A DNA stretch of 64,000 nt, from positions 56,792,001-56,856,000 of the forward strand of contig CM060731.1 in assembly GCA_030704615.1 (NCBI GenBank), written 5' to 3'. This DNA is from Takakia lepidozioides. Lineage: Eukaryota; Plantae; Bryophyta. The notes below the pieces were generated by a model. The model was not told the origin of the DNA. It searched no databases and was given only the letters and a program-made list of their open reading frames with translations. The translations under genes were made by a program, and so were the position numbers. Shown here piece after piece: positions 39,974-50,765 of this stretch (positions are counted from its first letter, which is position 1; the number at the start of each line of letters is the position of its first letter).

Positions 39974-42595
39974 TCACCAATAATCCCCACAAGAACAAAT
40001 CCCATCTTCAAAGTGGTGAAAGCGGTTAGCGTCCCGTACAACAATTGCTCGGCCAACGATCTTTGAGATGAATTTGGTGGAGGTGTGGCAGTCACCACAC
40101 ACTCGAAGATTCTTGATGAGACGGAGAGGCGTCCTGGGGGTCGTGCTGATCAGCCCAAAACCAATGGCCAGCTTCTCACTGTGGTGGCAAAGAGAAAATT
40201 CCTTTTCCTCCTCCCCCACATCATGCAATACAAAGCGCGTGTCAGGCACATACCCCGCCTTCTTCATCTGCCCAGACAATCTTCTCAGCTCAGCATGGAT
40301 TTCGTTAATTCTGGGATGCAACTTATCAGCTACAACGAAGGTGTGCACCCTGTTGCCAACCTCAATGCAGCAGCGACCTGGCTCCTTTCTAACCCCTTTG
40401 ACCTTCATCATTCTTCTCACCTTTGCAGTATCATCCCACCTGCCAGCTGCAGCATAGATGTTTGAGAGCAACACATAAGTCGCGGCATTCTGTTCATCCC
40501 ACATGAGGATAGATGTTGCTGCACGTTCAGCCATCTCCACATTGCCATGGATTCTGCAGGCACCAAGCAAGGCCTTCCACACCACAGCATCTGGATTGAT
40601 GGGCATTTTATTAATCAGGTCCACTGCCTCATCCATTTGTCCCGCACGTCCAAGAAGGTCCACCATGCAGCCAAAGTGCTTTACTGTCGGAGTGACACCA
40701 TGATCTTGACTCAAGGAATCAAAGTAGCGTCTTCCTTCATTCAGTAGGCCAGCATGGCTGCATGCAGAGAGAACACATATAAAGGTGATACTGTCCGGCT
40801 TCAAGCCGTTCTTTTGCATTCCTTCAAATAGTTGCACGACCTCCCTATGACAACCATGCTGTGCATATCCTGCGATCATCGCGTTCCACGACACCACATT
40901 ACGTTCAGTCATATTGTCAAACACTCCCTTTGCATCCTCGATGCACCCACAATTGGCATACATGTCCACCAGGGCAGTATTCAGGATCACATCTGGTACA
41001 ATTCCAGCTCTGACGATGTCGCCATGCACCTCTTTGCCCTTTTCCAGGGCTGCCAGGCTTGCACACGCACTGCAAACGCACACAAACGTGATGTGATCGG
41101 GCTTCACCCCTTCCCCCCTCATTTGCTCATACGTCTCCAAAGCCTCCATCCCGCGCCCCTGCTGTGCATACCCTGCGAGCATCGCGTTCCACGACACCAC
41201 ATCTCGTTCAGCCATATTGTCAAACACTCCCTTTGCATGCTCGATGCTACCACATTTGGCATACATGTCCACCAGGGCAGTGTTCAGGATCACATCTGGT
41301 ACGATTCCAGCTCTGACGATGTCGCCATGCACCTCTTTGCCCTTTTCCAGGGCTGCCAGGCTTGCACACGCACTGCAAACGCACACAAACGTGATGTGGT
41401 TGGGCTTCACCCCTTCCCCCATCATTTGCTCATAGGTCTTCAAAGCCTCCATCCCGCGCCCCTGCTGTGCATATCCTGCGAGCATCGCACTCCACGACAC
41501 CACATTTCGTTCAGCCATATCGTCGAACAGTCCCTTTGCATGCTCGATGCTCCCACATTTGGCATACATGTCCACCAGGGCAGTGTTCAGGATCACATCT
41601 GGTATGATTCCAGCTCTGACGATGTCGCCATGCACCTCTTTGCCCTTTTCCAGGGCTTCCAGGCTTGCACACGCACTGCAAACGCACACAAACGTGATGT
41701 GGTTGGGCTTCACCCCTTCGCACATCATTTGCTCATACGTCTCCAAAGCCTCCATCCCGCGCCCCTGCTGTGCGTATCCTGCAAGCATCACGTTCCACGA
41801 CACCACATTTCGTTCAGCCATATTGTCGAACACTCCCTTTGCATGCTCGATGCTCCCACATTTGGCATACATGTCCACCAGGGCAGTGTTCAGGATCACA
41901 TCTGGTACGATTCCAGCTCTGACGATGTCGCCATGCACCTCTTTGCCCTTTTCCAGGGCTGCCAGGCTTGCACACGCACTGCAAACGCACACAAACGTGA
42001 TGCGGTTGGGCTTCACCCCTTCACCCATCATTTGCTCATAGGTCTCCAAAGCATTCCTACCACACCCATGCTTGGTAAATCCTGCCAACATTATATTCCA
42101 TGTGATCAAAGATCGTTGAGGCATTCTGTTGAACACTTGGTGAGCATCCATGATGCTCCCGCACTTAACATACATGTTGACAAGGGTGTTGAGGAGAAAA
42201 ACATTTGGCGTGAATCCACTTTGGATAATGTGAGTGTGCACCTGCTTTCCAGCTTCCAGGCCTTTCACCTCGATGCTCTTATGCAAGAGACAGACATACG
42301 TTTCTGAATCTGCTGAAATGCCTCCTTGGTTTAAAGTCTGTAGAGCCTCTTTTAGTCTGCCTGCCTCACAAAGCATCTTCAGATGCCCAGAAGTGCCAGA
42401 AGAGGCATTGTGGACTCTCTCTCTTGATCCTCTTCCAGAAGCTGTGGTCATGGTTGAGGTGCCTGATTTTATCAACTGTGCCGCTGCAGCTGCTGCCTTT
42501 AGTTGACCATCTACACATGCAGGTTTCTTGTAGCTATTGATCCACAGGGAATCATAGGTAATCTTGTGCGGGAAATCTGGCCCTCTTGGATGAAT
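39974..42595 (-). CDS. PLS-class PPR protein with E1/E2 and DYW deaminase domains (organellar C-to-U editing factor type); terminal exon begins with the second half of a PDF motif
   Basis: Uninterrupted ORF with P-L-S triplets, a PG box (KEPGRCCIEV), HSEKLA, CGDCH and terminal DYW. Phase-0 CAG acceptor at 42596-42598. Confidence 0.96.
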   Translation of the reverse strand: MHPRGPDFPHKITYDSLWINSYKKPACVDGQLKAAAAAAQLIKSGTSTMTTASGRGSRERVHNASSGTSGHLKMLCEAGRLKEALQTLNQGGISADSETYVCLLHKSIEVKGLEAGKQVHTHIIQSGFTPNVFLLNTLVNMYVKCGSIMDAHQVFNRMPQRSLITWNIMLAGFTKHGCGRNALETYEQMMGEGVKPNRITFVCVCSACASLAALEKGKEVHGDIVRAGIVPDVILNTALVDMYAKCGSIEHAKGVFDNMAERNVVSWNVMLAGYAQQGRGMEALETYEQMMCEGVKPNHITFVCVCSACASLEALEKGKEVHGDIVRAGIIPDVILNTALVDMYAKCGSIEHAKGLFDDMAERNVVSWSAMLAGYAQQGRGMEALKTYEQMMGEGVKPNHITFVCVCSACASLAALEKGKEVHGDIVRAGIVPDVILNTALVDMYAKCGSIEHAKGVFDNMAERDVVSWNAMLAGYAQQGRGMEALETYEQMRGEGVKPDHITFVCVCSACASLAALEKGKEVHGDIVRAGIVPDVILNTALVDMYANCGCIEDAKGVFDNMTERNVVSWNAMIAGYAQHGCHREVVQLFEGMQKNGLKPDSITFICVLSACSHAGLLNEGRRYFDSLSQDHGVTPTVKHFGCMVDLLGRAGQMDEAVDLINKMPINPDAVVWKALLGACRIHGNVEMAERAATSILMWDEQNAATYVLLSNIYAAAGRWDDTAKVRRMMKVKGVRKEPGRCCIEVGNRVHTFVVADKLHPRINEIHAELRRLSGQMKKAGYVPDTRFVLHDVGEEEKEFSLCHHSEKLAIGFGLISTTPRTPLRLIKNLRVCGDCHTSTKFISKIVGRAIVVRDANRFHHFEDGICSCGDYW
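40870..42060. repeat. About four near-identical 303-bp (101-aa) PLS triplet repeats inside the PPR gene
   Basis: Identical blocks recur at 303-bp spacing, e.g. caggatcacatctggta at 40983, 41286, 41588 and 41891. Confidence 0.95.
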
Positions 42596-44050
42596 CTGGA
42601 CCCACACTCCATCCCTGCTCCTTCAGCTCTCCATGTCTCTGCACAAATCATGCATACATCCTTGTCTTGCTGCTAGTACCTGACAATGACAGCCTAGGTT
42701 TGTTCTAGGAAACACCCAACTCAGCTTATCACACTAGTTCCTATGCTCATTGCGTCTGCTACTCTCTGTAATCTAACAGGCATCCACCTTTTTGCCTCGA
42801 TTGTCCCACCATTGACTGGGGTCAGAAAAGTATTCTTTCCACAGCTTCTCCTCGTCTCTGGTACCTGTTTCTGGATACTTTCCTGTTGTCACATTGGCAG
42901 TATCATGTCAAAGTCACTCCAAACTATCAAAGGTTCACTCAACCAGCTAACTTGCAGAATTCAACATGAAAATTTAGGGCCGGTTCTGATAAGAGGGAAA
43001 AGCAGGGTGAAATGTGTTGAAGAAGGTGCCTTCATTAGCAGTGCCTGATTCTATCAATTGTGCCGCTGCTGCTGTGGCTGCCAGTTGACCATCTACCCAT
43101 GCAGGTTTCTTGTAGCTATTGATCCACAGGGAATCATAGGTAATCTTGTGCTTGAAATCTGGCCCTCTTGGATGAATCTGGACCCACACTCCATCCCTGC
43201 TCCTTCAGCTATCCATGCCTCTGCACAGATTATTGCATTTCCTTGCCTTGCTGCTAGCAGCTGACAATGACAGCCTAGGTTTGTTCTAGGAAACACCCAA
43301 CCCAGCTTATCACACTAGTTCCTATGCTCATTGCGTCTGCTACTCTCTGTAATCTAACAGGCATCCACCTTTTTGCCTCGATTGTCCCACCATTCACTGG
43401 GGTCAGAAAAGTGTTCTTTCCACAGCTTCTCCTCGTCTCTGTTACCTGTTTCTGGATACTTTCCTGTTGTCACATTGGCAGTATCATGTCAAAGTCACTC
43501 CAAACTATCAAAGGTTCACTCAACCAGCTAACTTGCAGAGCTCTACATGAAAATTTAGGGCCAGTTCTGATAAGAGGGAAGAACGGGGTGAAATGTGTTG
43601 AAGAAGTTGCCTTCATTGGCAGTGCCTGATTTTATCAATTGTGCTGCTGCTGCTGCGGCTTCCAGTTGACCATCTACCCATGCAGGTTTCTTGTTGCTAT
43701 TGATCCACAGGGAATCATAGGTAATCTTGTGCTTGAAATCTGGCCCTCTTGGATGAATCTGGACCCACACTCCACCCCTGCTCCTTCAGCTATCCATGCC
43801 TCTGCACAAATCATGCATACATCCTTGCCGTGTTGCTAGCAACAGACAATGACAGCCTAGAATTCTTCCAGCAAACACCCCAAGCATACTTATCACACTA
43901 GTTCCTATGCTGACTTGCATCTGCTTCCAACAGGCATTCACCTTTTTGTCTCCATTGCCCCACCATTGACTGGTGTCGGAGAAGTGTTCCTTCCAAAGCT
44001 TCTCCTCGTCTCTGTTATCTGTTTTTGGATACTTCCCTGCTGCCACATCG
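42460..44050. repeat. ~581-bp tandem triplication, each unit one PDF motif with its introns
   Basis: Near-identical ORFs at 42743/43324, 42974/43555 and 43058/43639, offset by 581 bp. Confidence 0.95.
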
Positions 44051-44596
44051 GCACTAACTTGTCAAATCATTCCAAACCACCACAGATCCACTGCAACATA
44101 TGGCAAATGAAAGGCTACAACTTGGATGCAGACACTATATTCAATATGCAAATTCAGGGCCGAGTCTGATGAGAGCGCAAAACAGGCTGAAATAGGTCAA
44201 AGAAGAAGGTGCCCTCACCACATTGTCCTTGACCTTGTGTCATGACCCATGGAGGATTTGAACGACCATCAACCCAAAAGGACATCTTGTGTGTGCTGCT
44301 TGTGTCTGTAGTCAGGTGATCTCGGATTGGTCTGTGAGAACCACCACGGTGCAGATGAGCAGGCAGAGATTGAAACACGGCCTGCTAAGACCAAGCTGAC
44401 TCTCCCAAGAACCTTGTAAACATCAGGAAGAATACCAAATCATGGTACTAACAGGAGCCAAGAGCCCACATTTGCAGGATGGACAAACTTCTGCACATCG
44501 TACATTGAGAAAAAGGCACACCTTGCGGTTGCGATTGCGGTTCTCCCACCATCGTGAAGGATCTTTAAAAAACTCATGCCAGCTCTGCTCCGTGCT
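42788..44596 (-). CDS. Upstream exons encoding tandem OSB-type PDF motifs (W..FF.DP..WW.NR..K | .PR.PDF.HK...LW....P.WV)
   Basis: Exons 44596-44522, 44331-44219 (+1 frameshift), 44036-43942, 43758-~43611, 43463-43369, 43177-~43030 and 42882-42788. Each motif is split by a 183-192-bp phase-0 GT-AG intron. Confidence 0.8.
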
Positions 44597-44774
44597 CTAA
44601 GGTAGAGGTTTGTGATCGAAAATCCGACAGCATCAACATGTTGACATGGTCCTTTACTGAGGGGTGCTAGTGAGCTTTCAACAACATTCATGCAAGTTGT
44701 TTTAGGCTCCATTGGGCTCTACACGATGAGGAACAACGAACTCCAAACTCTGTTCAAGAAACGTGTGCTTTTAC

Positions 44775-45038
44775 CTCAGCTATCTCCCGCGACAGCTCCT
44801 TCGATTTGGAGCCGCCCTTGCTTCTCAGCTCTGCCAAATCTATAACGGGGATCTTTTCTTCTTGTAATCCGCAATCATCACGACCTTTTCGGGACTGATG
44901 CTTCAACGTTTTCACAACCGAGGGTTGTTGTGGTAACGCTCTGCAAGCCGCTGAGTACGCATAACTAAGCACATCTGTAACTGGCATGGAGGAGACGGTT
45001 CCTCCAGCTATAGATTTGGTGACAGATAACGTTCGCAT
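44775..45038 (-). CDS. Putative first exon: Ser/Thr-rich N-terminus plus the start of a 2OG-Fe(II) dioxygenase DIOX_N motif
   Basis: MRTLSVTKS...EEKIPVIDLAEL...REIAE followed by a phase-0 GTAAAA donor at 44774. Confidence 0.5.
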
Positions 45039-46280
45039 AGTGCTGCCCTGCTGATCTATGTCTATATGCCAGGCGAGAGGAGGGTAGTGAGAAAGCAGTG
45101 GTCTCTGAAAAACGACCAGGGAGGAACGCAATGAGCAGCCAGAGTCTTTTGCTTCCTTGATTTGCACTCCTAATCACGATTGAGAGAGATGAGAAGAGCA
45201 GTTACGGCACTATCCCTCTAGTGTCTGGGACAGTGTGCCGAGTAGTGGCCCCTGGGGCGAGCGTTTTGCGATGCGGGCCCTACCCTTGTGAAAACCTACA
45301 GCCCATCCGGCATTGCTGCCACGTACGTAGTACAGAACCAAACAGGCTTGGCTCCTGATTTCCTCTTCTACCACACATGTTTTTGAAAGGACCAATTTGG
45401 TGAAGCGGAGTTGAGAAGGGAAGTTGAAGATTGCAGGTTGAGGCTACTTCTTTCGGCATAGTCTGGGAAAGGGTAATTGCGAAATCGAGGATGTATGACC
45501 TACTTATATTGGAAGCAGAACGGAATGATCACGGTGTTACTGTTTGTGCAAAAACCTGAATAGAAATCTGCTCGTGGTTTTGTTTGGGTGGACCTAGGTA
45601 GTAAGGAGAATTCCAGAGGTTATGGTTTTGAGGTATCCTAAGTGCATGAGCACGGAGTAAAAGACACACACTTACGTGTTGCTACGATGGACAATTGTTG
45701 TCCGGAGAGAGAGGCGTGAGATGGATGTGTTTCAGATTCGAATTTCTTCTACGAGAAGTCTCCAGAGCAGGGACTCCCTGATATTGCCGCACCCTGCTGT
45801 TCCATTAGAACTGGGTGTGCGCCGCCCGTCTTCCCTAGCAATGTCTGGCAACATAGCACTCACCAAACTGCGGGGAGCTTGTCGAGAACTGCAAGTTGTA
45901 ATATGTCTGCCCCGAACGTTATATGTAGAGGCCAATATATATATCCAATAGCAAGTGTTGCAGCTTGGACGGGGTCGACCTCGTGCCACTGTGTTTCTCC
46001 AGCACACTCATCGCTGCTTCATTATACAGCTTTTTAGCCCATCGATCAATTCCTTTTCACCCCTCTGCGCCCATAAACATTTTATCCTCCCGACCAGAGA
46101 GGTTCAGCTTACTGCCATCCTTTCTGGCAATTTCGCCTGGTTGCCTTGAATTCCCAGCGTCTAGTTCATGTTATCCCGTGTCTTTCTTGTCCCCTCGGAC
46201 AGGCACCAGGCCCTGTCAAAGCACTTATCGGCTGTGGGGAAAGGAGGGCACAGACCAGGAGAAAGAGGAAATGGGCCCAG

Positions 46281-48666
46281 ATGTACAGTTCATGGATCTA
46301 TCCCGAGTTATCTACATATCCCTTGAAGATAAACAACAAGAGTAATGAGAGATTGAGGTGCTATTCGGCCTTTTGTGGCGATAGTTGTTTCAGAAAGAGA
46401 TGCAGTAGCTGGAGGAATAAGGCCATCTCAAGTGAACCTCGGACCACGGAATGGACGCCCTCTCTGTCTTATGAACAAGTCGAGCAACTTCAGGTTTGTA
46501 CTCTGTGACATTATCGCTCCTTAAAGCACGTGTCTCCAAAACACACATTGCGCCATCCCCTGTGAACGCCTTTGTACCCTAGTTGTTTACCCCTTCCAGA
46601 GCCAGTGGAAACAAAGAGAGACAGAGAAAACTATTTGTATCACGGTCTAGTAGACGGAAGGTCATGCTTGGAGAAGGTTAGAGAAGGTTTATCTGTACAT
46701 GTGTTCGACGCAGGCACAAGAGGAGGAGTCACTGCTCTTTCGGAATGATCCTCCACCAGGGGACCTAGCAGAGGTTGAAGCCTTTTGCCGCATTCACAGG
46801 CTGGCAGAGCTGCTGAACACAGCTGTGATGGAGTTTCTTCGCACCGTGACTACGACCGGTGCAGTATTTTCAGATGATGGAGATGTGCCTTTGTTGGAAG
46901 AAAAGGTGGTAGCTGGTTTGGCGCGCATGGGGGCAGTGCTGCAGCAGGGTAGGCTTGAGGTGCTGGGTGGCAGAGACATAGTGAATTCAAATGAAGCAGC
47001 GCCCCCATTGGTGCGCCTGAGGGCAGAGCCGAAGGAGTGCTGTGAGGCACTGAAAAAGGCGGTGGAGTCGTGAATTTCACCTGCCCTCATGCCCAAGAGC
47101 ATCCACCGCGCCCTTCAGCGCCTGCACACTGTGTGTCTGGATGCTGGGTTCCCACGGCTGCCAGATGCACCTGGCCATGCAGACATTCCCAACCTTGCAG
47201 CTGTGAAGCTCCGGCCATTTCAGAGTGGCCACAGCTTGGACCAGGAGGAGGAAATTGCATTTTGGAGGGGAGGACAGTTGACAGAGGACGGTGTGGATTG
47301 GCTACTGCAGCAAGGATTCAAGTTGGTTGTGGACATGCGCACAGAACAGGTCACCAGCCCACTGACACAGGCAGCATTGCAGGCAGCAGAGGCTGAAGGT
47401 AGGCTGCAGGTGGTGAAGTTGCCAGTACCATTGGGGATGGCTCCAACCGTAGAGCAGGTGGAGGAGTTTGCAAGGCGGGTGGCTAACCCAGATAACAAAC
47501 CACTATATTTGCATAGCCAGGGTGGTGTAGGCCGCACATGTGCCATGGTTTCTAGGTGGCGCGAAATTGTGCTGGACGGAGATTTGAAAAAGAGAAGGAA
47601 TCTGATTACCAGTACCTCGGCTGATCAGAGCAGAAACATTGACTGTGTAGGGGAGACGGAAGGGGTGGCCGATGTTGGTAGCAATTCCGTTTCCTCAGAG
47701 GCAGCACATACATTCCTGGATAACAAGTGGACCGCTCCATCGTCCTCGAGCAGGGGCTCCCTGCAGCTTTCTGGTGGTAAATTTTTCTGCTTAGTTGATG
47801 AAAGACCGAGCTATGAGCCAGGAGCATCAAATGAGGGAGAGGCAACTACTGGGGACAACAGGGTCACAAGCTCCCTGGATGCTGGCATATCACCACCTGA
47901 AGAAGCCGTAGCTGGGAATCTGGTCAGTCGGCCTGGACCAAATGTGTTATGCAAGAAAACAATGTCCCAATTCTTGAAACGGCACAGGACATTGCCTGGA
48001 GCAGCTGGGCAAAAAGGTGGTACCAAACAGTCAAGTTCTGTCATTGCACAGCTTTCCCATGTGGGCATCATCGCAGGCCCTGCTGGTAGGTGGGGCCTAG
48101 CTGGTCCTGGCATCCCCTGGGCTGGGAGCTTTGATGCTCCCGTGTCCTACATCACCAGCTTGTGTGGGCAAGATAAAGACGAGCTGGCACAGGTTGCTGT
48201 ACAGAGAGCTGAGCTGAAGGTAAGGGCAAGCTGTGGGGAAGGCAGCACAAGCCGTAATGGCACAGTGAGCACAGACGCTGCTACAACTGCATCCAGCAGC
48301 AGCAATGCAGCCACAGTACAGGAGTCTCGAAGAATAGAGCAGGAAAAGGGCTACAGATCAGCAAAGAATGGAGCACACTTCAGAGTGGAAGCCATGGCCG
48401 GACCTGAGGATGGCAGCACGGTGGAGGTCGAGGGGGTCATGTGTGCAAGCACAACTGGGGTGGTGAGGGTGCAATCGCGGCGAAAGGCGGAGATGTACTT
48501 GGTGCGCACAGATGGGTTCTCATGCACACGTGAGCGAGTGAAGGAATCAACTCTGGCGTTCACACATCCCAGCACCCAGCAGCAGATGCTCATGTGGAAG
48601 ACAGCTCCCAAGACAGTGCTGCTCCTTAAAAAACTGGGCTACGAGCTCATGGAAGAGGCACAGCAG
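46281..48666 (+). pseudogene. NADK2: Chloroplast NAD kinase 2-like gene, 5' part, with in-frame stop
   Basis: PGDLAEVEAFCRI, FWRGGQLTEDG, YLHSQGGVGRT and MCASTTGVVRVQSRRKAEMYLVRTDGFSCTRE...HPSTQQQMLMWK. Exons 46281-46493 and 46714-48666; TGA at 47071-47073. No kinase-domain exons were found downstream. Confidence 0.9.
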
Positions 48667-50299
48667 GTCTCTATCTGTTTGTATAATGTCAACTCACTGG
48701 ATCTTGAAAATATGACCTGGTCTGTCTGAAGATTATAGCCATCCTTTAGCCCCATCATAGCCTTTGCTGCTGCAAGAGCTAACATTCGTACGGGGGTTTC
48801 ATCCTGAGGTGGATGTGAGGAACTACAGCCTGTTGAATCTTGTTCCTACCAGCAGGGCTTGGCTTCAAAGTGAGGTTTGGTCTCACTGATTAGTTTCCCG
48901 TCACCTTGTGGATCCGGAGCATGTGTTCAGCCAGTAGGCCCTTTTGCAGCAATGGTAGCAAGACCTCTTACTTACCATTCCCATCTTTTAACTTTGTGAT
49001 TGGACCCGCTGCAAAATATATATGTTATTTTTGTTTTTGTTTTGGACTTTGGAGAAGAGTGCTTCTTCTATTGCCAGAGCTGTCCACGTTCCCATGTTGT
49101 GCGGCACCCCTCCAATGTTCAATCAGGAAATGGGTGCTACAGTCAGGCTTTATGACTTCCTTGAGGTCGTACCTCTCCAGTAGTTAGAACCCTGCATTTA
49201 TTGGAGAGTGTGATACTGGCGTTATAATTTAGCTATCCTTTGCCCTATCTATTCTACTATTAAGCTGGTGGAACCCTAAGGTGTAGATCTGTTCAGACCT
49301 CGTTGAAATTGAAGGTAAGGGTTTCAGGATGATACTGGAGTTCTGATGTCTGAGCTGTAATCGTGTTCTCTTTGTTAAGAGCACTTGGTCAGGATAAGGC
49401 TCATCTTATGATGGCAAGCCTTCACCTATCCACTGTAAATCCACTGGCTCTGCTGGTTTACCTGCAGCTTTCTCCCATTTTGGGTTTGTACTCTCTAGCT
49501 GAGATGCTCTCCCTGTCCTCTAGGAAGCCTATTGACATTGGGTGGACTTGATACGGGAGTACATTAATGTCTCTGTGACTAAATGCCGGCCTTGTGACCT
49601 CGTGTCCTTGTTTGTTTTAACCTGAAGCGCTTTGCGTCAGGTAAGGTAGTGCATTGGATTTAGTTGGAAAGCTTGGGGCCTTTCCCTCTTTAGAATATGC
49701 CTACATGGGCCATTCCCTGCAACTCCCTGGAGTGTGATCTCTGAATGGTAACAAGCGGACTCCTACCGCTTGGGGGCAGCCCCTCCGCCCAAATTGGGCA
49801 GTCGTATGCTCTGTCTAGCATACTCGGCACTTGGGCTCGGGTTGGTTCCTGTGCTTAAACTTATAGCCTGCGAGAACAATAAAAAATTTAGCTCCTATCA
49901 ACATCAACACTCCTCAGGGTGATCCCTGGGAATTGGTTACTTATGCCAAATCTAGGGCTTCATGTGTAGTTTTTGGAGTGAATCCCAGGATGGACGATGT
50001 GTCCTTTAAAACTACATGCTCTAGCTCAGGCTTGGATTTCATGGCTAATGATACCATCTCGAGACTTGATAACAGGGGTACGTTGAAGGTTGCAATGACC
50101 AAAAGTGCTTCTAATAGAGTCCCGCATCAATTCAATCTCAAAGAAGTTCGTCCCTTGACTGGCTGGAGAGCGGTCTTAGACATTGGTGATTCAATGGGGC
50201 GCTCTAGGAAGACAACCAAGGGCAACGACTTCAACTTGAGAGTTTCTAATCGGTTTGATGCTCTGGATGAGGTTGAATCCAAACAGCCAGAAGACAAGA

Positions 50300-50700
50300 T
50301 GCCCCTAAATGTACGGAACCTGAACGTCCTGAATCTGAAGGATTTGGTACTCTAAATGGTTTACCAATCCTCAAGTTTACACAAGACGAACAAATTCTAT
50401 ACACGGGGTAATTGTCCCCAAGCCGTCAGATGGACAATCTGTCCCTAAGTGTGCAGAGCCTGAACGTCGTGTAACTGAAGGATTTGGTACTCTAAATGGT
50501 TTACCAATCCTCAAAGTCTATACAAGACGAGCAAAATCTATACACGGGGTAATTGTCCCCAAGCAGTCTGACGGACAATCTGCCCCTATGTGTGCGGAGC
50601 CTGTGCGTTGTGTAACTGAAAGATTTGGTACCCTGAATGGTTTACCAATTCTCAAAGTTTACACAAGAGGAGCAAAATCTACACATGGGGTAACTGTCCC
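50300..50700. repeat. Three ~140-bp tandem repeats in the 5' region of a LINE
   Basis: gatttggtactctaaatggtttaccaatcctcaa at about 50341, 50481 and 50622. Confidence 0.85.
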
Positions 50701-50765
50701 CCCTTTGCAGAACGGTTGGCCGTCCAGGAGCAATCACAAGCTACCTAGACGACAAACAATTCACA

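Noticed and set aside
40832-42307. 491-aa plus-strand ORF
   Set aside because: Antisense shadow of the repetitive PPR coding sequence.
29753-47073. In-frame TGA stops in BK and NADK2 as U-to-C editing or read-through sites
   Set aside because: Plant U-to-C editing is organellar, and both genes are also structurally truncated, so pseudogenisation is simpler.
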